From: Styela clava
Lineage: Eukaryota
Assembly: GCF_964204865.1 (NCBI RefSeq)
Contig: NC_135254.1
Span: forward strand, 16,182,001 to 16,246,000
Length of the DNA: 64,000 nucleotides
Direction of reading: 5' to 3'
Of the stretch, positions 37,416-49,761 are shown piece after piece; position 1 is the stretch's first letter, and every line of letters starts with the position of its first letter. The translations under genes were made by a program, and so were the position numbers. Below the pieces are notes generated by a model, which was not told the DNA's origin, did no database searches, and saw nothing but the letters and a program-made list of their open reading frames with translations.

Positions 37416-38490
37416 TTTCCAATTGAACTAAGTTAGCTGTTATGGAAGTCTGCAAGTTCAGAAGTTCACTATTCAGCTATTCGTGCAACTTTATGCGTGG
37501 CTGTGTGCAGTGTTTAATATAATGTTAAATTAAAGTAAATGAAGAACATTTAACCAGTAACGATGGTAAGTCTGGAAGTGTGTATTGGAAGTCAAGTGTA
37601 AAATTTCAAATACTAAAATGTGAAAAATAAATGCAGACTAGTGATGACTGGATGAGTACCGGTACCGGTATCCGTATCAAAAGCTTACGGTACGGTACGG
37701 TGCGCAAAATGAGATAAAAGAATCTCATATTTTTCACTTACAGACTTACCGGTATATCATTCATATGGCAGTACAGCGATTGCAGACTAGTATCGGTACC
37801 GGTACGGTACCGGTACCGTACCGTATCAGTATTGCAAACGAAGACACAAAAACGCAAGAAGCATACCGGCACATAATTTAGTTTAACTTTGTTAGGTACA
37901 CCAAGTGGAAGTTTAATGGTTTTGTGAAAAAAGTATTCATTTTTGGGGTCTAACCGTAAATATATACTACTACGGTCTAACGAAGTACGGTACACGCCAG
38001 AAACGCTCGAATACCGCCAAGCAAAAATTCGATGTAAAAAAACAAGTGAGCAACGCTCAAATATATGGACACGTGGACCAGAGCGAAGCAGTACCTAGTC
38101 CCTACCTTTGAAGAATATCACCATGATCATGTTCATTGAACAACAACATAATATCAAAACGATCCAGAGGTCCACTCACGTGTCCAATAAATGTTTTAGA
38201 TGCTTAAATAACGTCAAATAAAAATGTGAATAAAATACAGCCCAATTCACTTTTGAGTGAAGTCATTATGTCACAGTGGTATACCGGTACGTCCTCATCA
38301 GACCGGGTCCTCCACGTCAAAGTCTACACTACAAGTTTGCAAGTGACGTCATCAACGCTGTGCCCTATGCTTACTGGCACAAGTACTGTCGCGGTAAACT
38401 GTTTTTCCTATTCGGATGTGAATGTCAAAATTTGCTAGTTGTCAACAACGGGTTAAATATCTCTACCTAAAATCAATGGTTGCATTAATC

Positions 38491-38755
38491 CAGGGGTTCT
38501 CAACCTGGGGTTTGCAAACCCCCAAGGGTTCACCAGAAAATTGTCAGGGGTACTTGAATGGCAGTCGATTTTTGTGTGTTGCTGTTTTTAATATCCTTTA
38601 TTACTACCAGAGGAAAATGCGTGCCCATTGAAACTAGATGTCAATCGGGAAGTAGATTTTACCAGATCTTGCGTTGTTGTGATTGTGACGCAACAATGTG
38701 AAATTCACGGCTCTGCAGGCAAACTGTGGAATCTAAAAAAGGTTGAGAAACCCTG
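38491..38755. mobile_element. hAT MITE in the divergent promoter region
   Basis: TIRs CAGGGGTTCTCAACCT / AGGTTGAGAAACCCTG with a perfect 8-bp TSD CATTAATC (38483-38490 / 38756-38763). Confidence 0.9.
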
Positions 38756-39599
38756 CATTAATCTGTGAACTTTCATCTATGATTCAAATTTACGATACTC
38801 ATTCACCTTTAAAATTCATTGCGAATGAAGCTTAATCTCAAGATATACAGCATTCTACAGTGTTAACGTTAGAGAGAGATTTATTATTTATCAGCCAGAA
38901 TATATAAAACAGTAGCCTAATACCCGTAGCCTAATAGAAATATTACAACCATAACATGCGGGAGCGATACGACCACGCGGTCAACGAAGTCTGTTTCCTC
39001 AAGTTCCAATTATAAGTTCATACAATGATTGATTGGTTCACACTAGAATATAGTTATTATAAACTGTCTATATTTTCTGAAGATATTTGAACAAAATATG
39101 CATGTTTTCAAACAAATGTACAGGTTGAATATGGACTATAATTTTTATAGAAGTGAAAACTTTCCCGAAAATCTCTACTGTCTGACCATTGATACCTGAC
39201 TGTGCGTGTGTCTAGAATTAGATGCATTATAGCGAAGACCGAAATAAATTGTCTATCTTTCGTTTCGAACAAATGCTTCTGGTCATATAGCAAAGAGTCG
39301 TTATAAGGATCTATTTCTATCAGATTTTAATGTTGTTGGATTTAACTTCGAGCTATGATAACAGTATGGTCACTGTCTATCCTATCACAACAGGCACTAT
39401 TTGAATGTGTCTCCCGGGGAGAACGACGTTGAAAATAGGGTAATTTCATCCGAATTCGGGCTCTTTACAGTAGTTATTTGACTTTCGTGGATATATATTT
39501 GAGCATCGATCAGTGCTCTCGTTTTATATATTCTTAATATAAATGAACGTAGTTTTAAATTTTATTACAGTATTAGTCCAATATTTTGCTATATATATT

Positions 39600-42500
39600 A
39601 TGAGTGCTATAAAAACGAATCAGCAACGCCGTCTCACGTCGTCACTCATGGAATTCTTAAAAGAAGGTGTGCTAACTGATTTTGAGGTCAAGGTATCCGG
39701 AAAATCTTTCAGTGTACATCGCAATGTTTTGGCGGCAAGTTCTGACTACTTTAAAGGCATGTTCTTAAGTAAAATGAAAGAAGTTTCCGCCGGTTACGTC
39801 GACATTAAGAACGTCGACGCCGATGCAATGGAACAATGCATTAAATTTATGTACGAGGGCTGCGCCGACATAACCTTGAAGACGGTGCAAAATATTTTGA
39901 TCGCAGCGGACTTGTTACAATTGGATGGATTGAAAACACTCTGCTTTCAATATTTGCCAACTCATCTTTCACCAAATACATGCATCTTCGTTATCAAGTT
40001 AGCAAATATGTTTAGCCATAGCGATATCAAAAAAAAAAGCTGAGGGCGAGATTATGAAAGACTTCGAAAGCGTTACTCGCTCTGACGATTTTCCATCAAT
40101 CACATTGCCAGATCTCTTGCGTTATATTAAAATATCTACAGGAAATCAACGGATAAATCACCGTCTATCTTGGAATGCAATGTTGAGATGGGCAACAAAC
40201 AAAAAATTGAATTCAGACGACGTTTGCGAACTTATCCAAGGCATCGGGTTAACAAACTTTCCGTTTGATTTTTTACTAGACATTGTATTCCCAGACCAAT
40301 TCTTGAAGGATAATGACGCTGCCAAAAACGTCGTGATCACTTCTCGGTTTTCCGTTGCTAGCAAGGTACAGAACAACATTAAAGTCGATAACTGTTTTGC
40401 ACTAAAGAATTTATGCGAAGATTACAAAATAAACAATTATGATGAAATTAAAATCATAATTGATAAATTTTTCGAAGAAAATTTTGAGCAAATATTTGAC
40501 AAAACAGAATTTTGTCACATTTCCAGAGAAGACATATTTAGACTAGTCAAATCTGAAAAATTGAAATGTTCTTCGGAAGAAGTGAAATGGAACGCCGTGA
40601 TAAAATGGATCAAACACGATAGTAAAGTAAGGAAAAGGGAGTTTGAAGAACTTTTCGCTGTCATCAACCTTTCAAAATTTTCCCGGATGTTTCTTGAAAA
40701 AGTAGGACGTGAAAACTTGGTATTACAATCAGAAAAATGTATTCTTCTAGTTTTTCATGAGTACGATTTAAGGTTGCAAAGCATTTGTGGAAATGAAGAG
40801 AGTAAGTATCAAAATAGCTATAGGAATAGCTTGTGGAATTCAATTGTAAGTCTAACGCAGGGATAGGCGTTTTCTAAACTTTACTCTTCGTATTTCGTGT
40901 AAAATAATATACTTAGTGCGCGTTCAGCATATGCTCCGATATCTTTGGTGCCTTCGGTTAATTACTTAATATTTGCGGATTCCACACGAGTGGATTATGG
41001 ACTGAACTTGGGGTGCCGTGAAGGCTTATCCGGCGGTCTAAAAATAATACACTCTTATCTAAAAGTAATCATTCAGATTTTTATTTTCAGCAACACGAAG
41101 TGCAGCAAAATATCAGCCAATTGGCAATATTGTTATTGAAAAATTAGTATTTGAATCACTACAAGGCTGCAAGAAAAGCGAATGTATTGAGATTGAATAT
41201 TCTTTCCCCAGCGGTACATTAAACGTAAGAAACATTTAGGTAAAAGTGTTGCTAGAGACTTTTTTTGGTTTTATATGCCTATATCATCAATGCCTTTACC
41301 ACCTATGTTGCAAATGAATTATGCGTCATTTCCTCGACCCATGACCCCTAAAAATTTTTTTGGTATACTTTGCCACTACAAATTTCGTATGGGTATTTTG
41401 AGAGCATTTACTCGAGTTAGTTAGATTTCCTTATTTTAGTTCCATTACGAGTTCGGGGACTGCCTGTGTTAGCCAAGTGAATATACCCCCTGCACATAAC
41501 TTTCAATCCCTTTACACAACTTGATGTTAGGAGGCGAACAAAATTAGTTACATACATACTGGAACACACACTTCTGGCCCTAATTTGTGTCTACTGTAAC
41601 TAAACTAAAACTCTTCGTACTGACCATCCAGCTAATTGGTTTCTAACTGAAGTTCCCACGCAGAAGTAAATTCTGGTAAATACCAAGCAAAACCAGGACA
41701 ACGATCAACTTTATCAGCGTAAAAATCGTGTCTGAGCCATCCAGGTGCTCAAGCTAAACGATCTGAGCGGCAGCCGAATTTTCAACTCTTACATCCTCGT
41801 TACTTTACTGCTTGCTGGTCATTACCACCAAAATAAACAAAGAAGTCGATTATTGGGGAAATATTCATTGGCGGCAATCCCACATTTTCATTGCGACTTT
41901 TGTGCCTAATGTGGTTCAGGTAAAGAAATTTATTTGCGAGGATGGTCGATACGCTGCGCCTATCGCACGGCTGTTGCTAGACTCATTATACAGAATCGAC
42001 CGCATTTGCGTTGGGCAGTGATATATATAGTAAATTTAAATGAAATTGAATCGCATATTATATTTAGGGGATTTCTTATCTAAGCAAAGAATTCACTGCT
42101 TATTTGCCCAACGATCCCACTGGAGAACATCTTGCCGCTCTTTTAAGACAAGCCTTTATAAATGGCCTGACTTTTAAAATTGATGAAGTCGCAAGCGGAC
42201 AGGGAAGAATTGTCTGGAATGATATACCACATAAAACAAGACAAGATGGAGGACCAGAAAAGTCAGTACTTACTTTGTTATGTCCATTTATCGCCGTATT
42301 ATTAATTAAAAGTATCGTTAACCCGTCTTGTTGTCAATTAAGCCAAGGGACGTAAGACAAACGCAAAATTCGATAACGTAATGTACCTCAAAATATTGAG
42401 TGATCGTTGGCTGATAAATACTTTAATCAGACATCCTCTTGTCAAACTTCTTTGTATGTTTATAAATTGAATTTGTGCTGTATATATATGAAGTCAAATG

Positions 42501-42977
42501 CAAGCTCTTAATAAATTCTTTTCAATTTTTAAGATTGATAGTAGGTCTACTGATAATTGGGTACTCCCGAAGTATGTGAACCAAGATGGCGGACACCGGA
42601 ATGTAGTATGTGCCAGGTTAGGGTTAGGGTATAATTTCAGGTACAAATACTACGGGAGTCACTTGGCTAGTCCCCGAACTTGTAATAGAGTTAAAATAAG
42701 GAAAATTGGAATAAAATTATGGCCTAACCTGGTACACATACTACGTTCCGGTGTCCGACATCTTGGTTCACATACTTCGGGAGTACCGGTAATTGTTATT
42801 ATCAGACTAAAAAAACTTTCCGGTGCTTTCAATATTGTCTCATTGACTGTTTTTTTCTAGTTCAAAGTATTTTCAATATTGCAATATATATTATTATATT
42901 TTGACAGCAATGGATACCCAGATCCAAATTATCTCCCTCTTCTTCGTCAAACTTTGGAAGCGAAAGGAATAAAATGA
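39600..42977 (+). CDS. BTB/POZ-BACK-BACK protein fused to a Deltex C-terminal (DTC) domain; +1 frameshift at an A10 run; about 532 aa if corrected
   Basis: join(39600..40801,41091..41224,42068..42261,42908..42977). BTB: LTDFEVKVSGKSFSVHRNVLAASSDYFKGMF...AADLLQL. Two BACK-like repeats (LSPNTCI...DFESV...WNAMLRW and IKVDNCF...ENFEQI...SEEVKWNAVIKW). DTC: YQPIG...ESLQG...IEYSFPSG...TAYLPNDPTG...AF...[26 protein letters not shown]...LEAKGIK*. Splice phases 1, 0, 2 match. Removing one A from 40029-40038 restores KKKAEGEIMKDF. Confidence 0.85.
41420..41580. mobile_element. MITE fragment (same family as 30562-30773)
   Basis: Shares TTTTAGTTC.ATTACGAGTTC.GGGAC...GTGTTAGCCAAGTGAATATAC...TTTACACAACTTGATGT with 30610-30760. 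Confidence 0.7.
42560..42787. mobile_element. Long-TIR (foldback) MITE containing TTAGGG repeats
   Basis: About 65-bp inverted repeats GGTACTCCCGAAGTATGTGAACCAAGATG.CGGACACCGGAA.GTAGTATGTG...GGTTAGG. A second copy lies at 61501-61738. Confidence 0.85.
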
Positions 42978-44770
42978 GCATCCTGTAAAATGTGTACCAT
43001 GCTTTTTGAATTGTTGCCATTAGTCAGCTAAAATAGCATGCAGTGCCTTTATTGAATTAAGTTAATATTTGATTCAAAAATTAGAAAATTTTCGAGATGG
43101 TTTTAACTTCGTGCTAAAATAATTAGCAAATTCCATTTGGACTGTTTGATTTTTATGCGAATTAATGCTATAAAAATGCCATGCAGACAATATTGGTATA
43201 TATACTGTGTTGCGTCAAAAATCGTTAATGCCACTTTTGTGAAATTTTTTCTTAAATTTCTTCCTAATAATTAAATCGATTCATTTTTCTCAAAGACTAT
43301 TTGAAATATTTAATATTGACATCATTCGAGTTTTGAATTCTTCATTATTATTCGATACATATATGAGCTGTTTTCATATCGTATCTCCGAACAAAACACC
43401 CGGACTAAACAAACATCTTTTGGGTTTGTCTTAGCTTACTTATTTAGTTATCACTTGAATGAGATGTGGGCCTGGTTTGACCAGTAAATACCAGGCTGAT
43501 CTTGAGATTGGCATATTTGATTCGTTTTTAAATTTATTATTTTGACTTGATACATTTATGCTTTTTGCAAATTTAGAATAATTGTATTTCAGAACCAAGT
43601 GCAATCGAATGTGTAACATGCAATGACTTACTTATTTTTACAACCTTTGCCCAAATTCTTGCAGCTACGCGCAGTTATAAATATTTATATATTCATCCAA
43701 TCCATGTGAATTCGCATTTTTAGTCTCCGTTTACTTATTACTTACCTAATATACATTTGCATCACCGATGCTTCTTGCATTTTAAAAGAAACGATATTTT
43801 GTTGCATACACAGTATGCTTAATTAACAGGAAGAAACAATATGTACTAATTGAATGTAAATACGAAAATTACAATGCGTGTTAAATAATTGCTAAATTGT
43901 GGATTTTTGTTTTGGTGATGATAAAGACAAACAAATTTGCGCGGATTAAGTGTTTATCAGTTACAGCTTTAATTAAGAATTTTTTTTAAGAAAGACTATT
44001 GTTTGCTTGTGATTGTTTCTTTGCAAAGATTATTATAAAAATAAAATTTTTAATTTAAACTGTATAAGTTCTAAATGATTTTGCACAACTACGGTGAATT
44101 AGAATCTATAAATAAAATTATTCGTATTTAAGGTAACGTTATACACATATACTGTCATTTGAATAATTTAAATACACAGTCAATGGATTTTATGGGCAAG
44201 TATTGTATGTACTTGCTTGACTCTACGTCTGACATGGGCAAATTACGGCCCGCGGGCCAAATCCGAGGCCTATTGTTTTCCACTATGACTTTTGTAACAC
44301 TGAAATATTGTTCATAAAATGTAACTTTTTACGTCACACTTAGGTGGCCCGCCAGTGTAGGTGGGCAAATTGTTTGGTCCCCGGTCCGAAAACGTTGCCC
44401 ACCCCTTCAGGCTACATGATATGTTTGCAAAAAATTGGAAATCAAATCGAAAATTAGTATACACGTTCTGATTCCGTGATGACGAAAACTCTATTATTGG
44501 CTTTTCGGAGGAGTACATTTGAAAACACTCACGACATCACACTTCAAAACAATCAGAAAACAACACACTATATCCAGACAGGTTGATTCAACGCTGGGCA
44601 TACATATTCATGGACAATTTTGACGCGTCGTTTTTGTATGAATCACATGCTTTTTGCCACCAAACTGTCGCGCCATCTTGAATTTGAAAGTTCTTCGATT
44701 TAATAGGAAAAAACCGATAGTTGATTCAAGTAAAGGGAGACGTACATAGATTCGATACCACATAAATTTT

Positions 44771-44828
44771 CTAGAGTCTTTTAGACAAATGTCTAGAGTC
44801 TTCTAGACAAATGTATTTAGACAAATGA
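44771..44828 (+). repeat. Short tandem repeat, 22-bp unit
   Basis: CTAGAGTCTT(T/C)TAGACAAATGT twice, plus a partial third TAGACAAATG. Confidence 0.8.
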
Positions 44829-45985
44829 ACAATTTCGCAAAAGTATTTTCGCTCAGACTCTGTACCTTTGACGGGGTATTGGGCAGTCCCCACGATGACG
44901 TATATGTGAAAAATCAATGCATGTGCAGGCGAAAGATTTAATGACAAAAAATCAAACATTGCGCGATAGCAGAAATGATAACTAGTTTATAAATCACATC
45001 AGTATAATACTAGGTTGAGACATTCAAAATTTGAACGGTAATGACATAGTCTTTTCTTGACTTGGATAATCGTAACATTTTCATTGAGTATTACGCAGAA
45101 CAAGGTCATAATCTTTCAACTCAAAATGAAGCGCCTCTGCATAGACAAGCCCCGATCGCGTATATATATATTTCCTACTGATACAGTTTCATATCTGTGA
45201 CCGCTACTGAAAAACTATTTATAATCATAATTGCACTTTAATAAATAAGAAAGAGCATTAGCTGCACTCTAAACAGTGTGTAATTACGTAAATATGAGCA
45301 GTATATTCATTCAACTTCTAAACATGCGAATATTATTATAATGCACATAAAGTCTTAAGGTATCATTTATTATACATTTGAAAATGAAAAACCCCATATA
45401 ATAAATCACAAATTAAACTCTTTATCTTGGAGAAGTGTGTTGCTTATTTTGCAAGCGTGCTCACTAAGTATTTTCATATACATATAGACTTATATTCAAG
45501 CTTGTCCATTTGTATTAAATGCATGGGACACGAAAACCGTATGGTTTTCAGGGAAATAATGGTAAAACATATCGATATGGACTTTGTGTCCATATATTTG
45601 AGCATAGCTGTCTTGTTAGTTATAAAGAGCAAAATATATTCAGCAACAGCATGGACACATGTATAATAGTTATGAATATAAAGTTGACAAATCCTGTAAA
45701 TTTTGTTGTTTTGCAGGTCTCTTCGTACATGTAGTCCTATATTTAGTAGACGCTAAAACTAAATTTAACATTTTTTATTGAATTGTATTCCAATGGGAAT
45801 CCCATAGGATGGGAATGGGACAGAAAAATATGTTCCATGGACAAGCCTGCTTATATTACATTTGCGATTAGGGAATTTATTTATTTATTTATTTTTTAAT
45901 CAGTAGCAAGACAACTGAAAATCATTTTAACAAATCAGCAATTTTGTAGATACTTGGTGATAATCGAATTGAGCAGTCATTATAT

Positions 45986-48900
45986 TTATGATATAATCAA
46001 TTTAACATCTTCGTTCAGATATTTTGTTTTGTGTTTGTTGAAAAGTTCTTCCAATTTTTCTATGTATTTCTCCCGCAAGGCCACAAGCTCTTCACTCGAT
46101 GGATTTGGATCCTTTTCCACTTCGATTGGGGCTCCAACTGTAGAATAAAAAATACAATCAACCAAATTGATATCGCGATAGTAGTAGCAGTAGTTTTGTC
46201 AATACTAACTGCAAAACATATTTTTCCTCGAGACGAGTTTTCTATATTTGAGTGTATATGCATTGAGCTGAGTATTTACTCTTAAAGTACAGGATTACAA
46301 TTGAACATACCTGCCTAATGTCATTGACTGTGAAGTCATTTATTTATAGGATTCGTCCATTACAACCTTCTTACTAATCAAGTACACTAAAGTTTCTGTT
46401 ATACAACCTAATCTGGTACATAATTTTAGTATAAAATTATACAGTGTCTCCCATATTAAGACGCATATATGCTTACCAACAAAGTTCAAAGGTCGTCTTC
46501 GTGGGAGTAAGCCGTAGTTGTATTGAAATATTCCTCTGGCATGAAACGCTGGGAAAGCCACGTCTAAATACTTCATGGAAAATTCCTGAAATTTTCTGAG
46601 TTTGGATCCTGGTGGATTTTCTGCTTGATCCCACAATTCGTGGTCTCCAAAGGAAAAGCAAGGAACGAGGGGAACACTGAAAAGTCAACTCTCGTCAATA
46701 ACAAAATACGGGCAATCTAAATAACCACGCTTTAACTGCAACTGAAGTTACCGGGTTGAAACGTTGACATTTGAAGAACATTACTAAAGGACAAGATGAA
46801 CTTAATAGCAACACATTTGATAAAATCCTAAGTACATTAAGATGCCTATAAATTATAACATATAAAAAAGAATAAAGAAAAACATTCGCAAGGCTTCCGC
46901 TTATGAACCGCAAGTATATAAGACTTGAATACTATATCTCCAACGCATGTTGCTAACATAAACACCCAGCATTCTGACAGTAAGGCATTGCGACAAGTAT
47001 GCTATAAGGTTGATGACATGAAAGCTAACATGCACAAGTCAAGTTTATTTTATCCAATCAGCAAAAGACAATCGCATACAACATTCAGAAAAGAGATAAT
47101 CTTACAATTTTACCGAGGAAGGGGGGAAGTCGCGAGGAACCAAAGCTAGTTATCGAGCAGCGACACCCAAAATCATTCAAAATCTTTTACCTAAATCCTT
47201 CTTGATTAATGAAAAGAAAGGTTGCCCATAGATAATAGTATTCACCCGTGTACTTTAGCCATTTTCACGAATCCCATTCTTTGTCGAACAATAATTTTTA
47301 CATCGCCTGGTCTGGCGTCAAGAGATTCTGGTGCACCGCCTAAATGTTTATGATTAGTTTAGTGATCAAGAAATTTCAGCATGCATATGCTTACTCAATT
47401 CTCAATAACTCTAGACACAGTAAATGATTTTGCTGTAACATTTATGCGTATATGGTAAATTTTCAATTACTTTGTTGTTGATAGTTTAAATATACACTAC
47501 CCAAGGGGCGATTGTAGTCGATGCGAAATTCAAGGAAGTTCAGATCCTGGGGTGTTTAGCAAGGACACAGGGCTGTCATCTACACAAAACATATTGAGCT
47601 AACGTCTGCACGGTTTAGTGTCGTATGTCACTTAGTCTCAGTTTTCACTTTCACAAAAGAGTGAGAATAAACTGTCTGTATTGGCCATATAACAAACTAA
47701 ACGAGACCATGGCTATATTGAACAACTCCGGACCGTGATTCACCTTTTGTTTGCATAACCCCAGATTGCATTGATGCTAAGTAAATATCACAGTTATATT
47801 CAATATCAGTGGGATCGGGTTACAAAACGGTAACTGCCTTGTTCTTGACATAATTTTTCAAAACTGATTGAACAATCTTTGTCGCCGTAAAAGCCTTTGA
47901 TCCAGAAAGCAAAAAGAGTCAAGGTTACAACAACTCAGATGGTTATTAATCTGCGATTACTGACACAGGACGAAAATGGAACTTTGAAATATTTCGATCA
48001 GAATTGTGATATTTGAATTTCTTTAAATAAAAACTTGATGTTAAACAACAAAATGGGTCACCTGGCAGAATTCCCACTAAATTCCCTCCTTTGGGTTTAG
48101 TGATAAGGTGCTTTATTGAAGCCTTTGTAGAGGAGACCAGAGCTGCATAAAGTTATTAATTGCCAATTAAAAATTCCTTAATATAACTCGTACGAGTAAA
48201 TTGTATCGGGTGAGCGACCATATTATAATGATTGCAAAACAATATAATTCCAATGTGAAACGCACTGATAAATAATGAATCAATACCTACTTTCATAATA
48301 ACTGTGTGCTTTCAATTACGATGGATGGATTTAATCAAGGATGATAAAATTAATAGAACATGCAGGTTTGAGCCAGTACCATGAAATAAATTGTCGTTCA
48401 AACTTTACCTGCGAAAACTCCGATGAACTCTTGATGAAACTCTTTATTCGACAATATATATATATACATTCAATATGAAATAATTTAAGGTTATAAATAT
48501 TTGAAAAGGCGTAAGTTGAATTGAAAACGTTAATAAGAATAAGTAAAAATGTACTCACATCCTGACAAGATATAATCACGAAATAGTGGAATCCTGAACC
48601 AGAAAGGCAACATTGTTAGGTAACTGTCGAAGCCCGGAAATAATTTGTGAGTGTCGGTTACGGCACTAGTCAAATTGAGAAATGTTCCAGGACAAAGTAC
48701 CCCGTGCGGGTAACAGATCAGCAGATAATTCCGACGAGGATCGAGATCAGCAGTTTTGTGAATCTGCAAATAAGCATGATCAAATCACATAACTTAAAAT
48801 CGAGTAACTATTTATACCTCGTATATCCAAATACCTGGCGTAGATCCAAGTTAGGTAGATTTATAAAGAAATTTGAACTTTCTAAGATTTTATAACACGG

Positions 48901-49761
48901 GCATATCCCAATATTCCTGCCTTCGACAGGGCTGTTTTTGCTGATATTTTTTGAATTGTTGAAATAGATTAATATATTAATATTTTATTTTCTGTAAATT
49001 CGTTGATTTGGGTGGACAGGAATCTTTCGTTTGATTATGAAAATGGAGTCGTTCGGTTCCAGTAATGTCGATTTAGTTCTAAATGTACACTGACTCTGAA
49101 CAGTTTAATACCGTTTTCCATCTATATGAGTAATAGATTGATGTCTACCCACCTTTATAGGAAAGTAATCACGCATTCCATACCAAATCCCCCAATTCTT
49201 TATAGCGTAGATTGGCCTACCACCGCGTTCCGGCGTTTTCCAGTCAAACCACATGTAAACAAGGTATATCACCGAGAGCGGCCATATTCTAGTGAAGAAT
49301 GTGTACACGAAAAATGCCAGACAAATTTGAGCTGAAAAGTGAAGTTGTGTAAATAATCGTAGCCCATATAAAAGCTATTTTATCACAGAGCCTTGTAGGT
49401 ATTGTAGGCCTAATTGGTAGAGTTCATAACGGTAAATAGCGCCTGAGTATTATCACGGGATACTGAATATAATTTAATCCGAAAATGCAACGTTTCTGAA
49501 GCAGTAATAATGAATTTAGTCGTTTCTTTATCGATGTCGTTACTTCTGATTGTCCCACAACTTCCCGATATCATGTGAACATTCACATTTTTAGACAAAA
49601 TACTTTTCCGTAACCAGTAAAATTTGGAATAGAACAATGCCATATGGCATATATCAATATTATAACAACTTACCGAGAAATACGAAGGATACTACGTAAT
49701 GAAGAGCTCCAAGTGTCTGAAATCTTCTTGCCCACGGTGTTGTCAGAGGAGCGAATTGCAT
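45986..49761 (-). CDS. MOGAT2: 2-acylglycerol O-acyltransferase (MOGAT/DGAT2 family), 7 exons, about 332 aa
   Basis: complement(join(45986..46137,46477..46676,47246..47339,48062..48142,48559..48763,49153..49331,49674..49761)), 999 nt. Motifs MQFAPL..PWARRFQTL, DWKTPERGGR, RDYFPI, YPHG, GGAPESL, RMGFVKMA, LVPCFSFG, RGIFQYNYGLLP and VGAPI. The specific paralogue assignment is tentative. Confidence 0.92.

Noticed and set aside
4409-42977. An immune gene cluster (lectin, SAMHD1, BTB-DTC)
   Set aside because: The genes are interspersed with unrelated housekeeping genes, and nothing in the sequence indicates functional clustering.
48075-48095. Suspected frameshift in MOGAT exon 4
   Set aside because: On re-reading, the frame is intact (KPKGGNLVGILPG).
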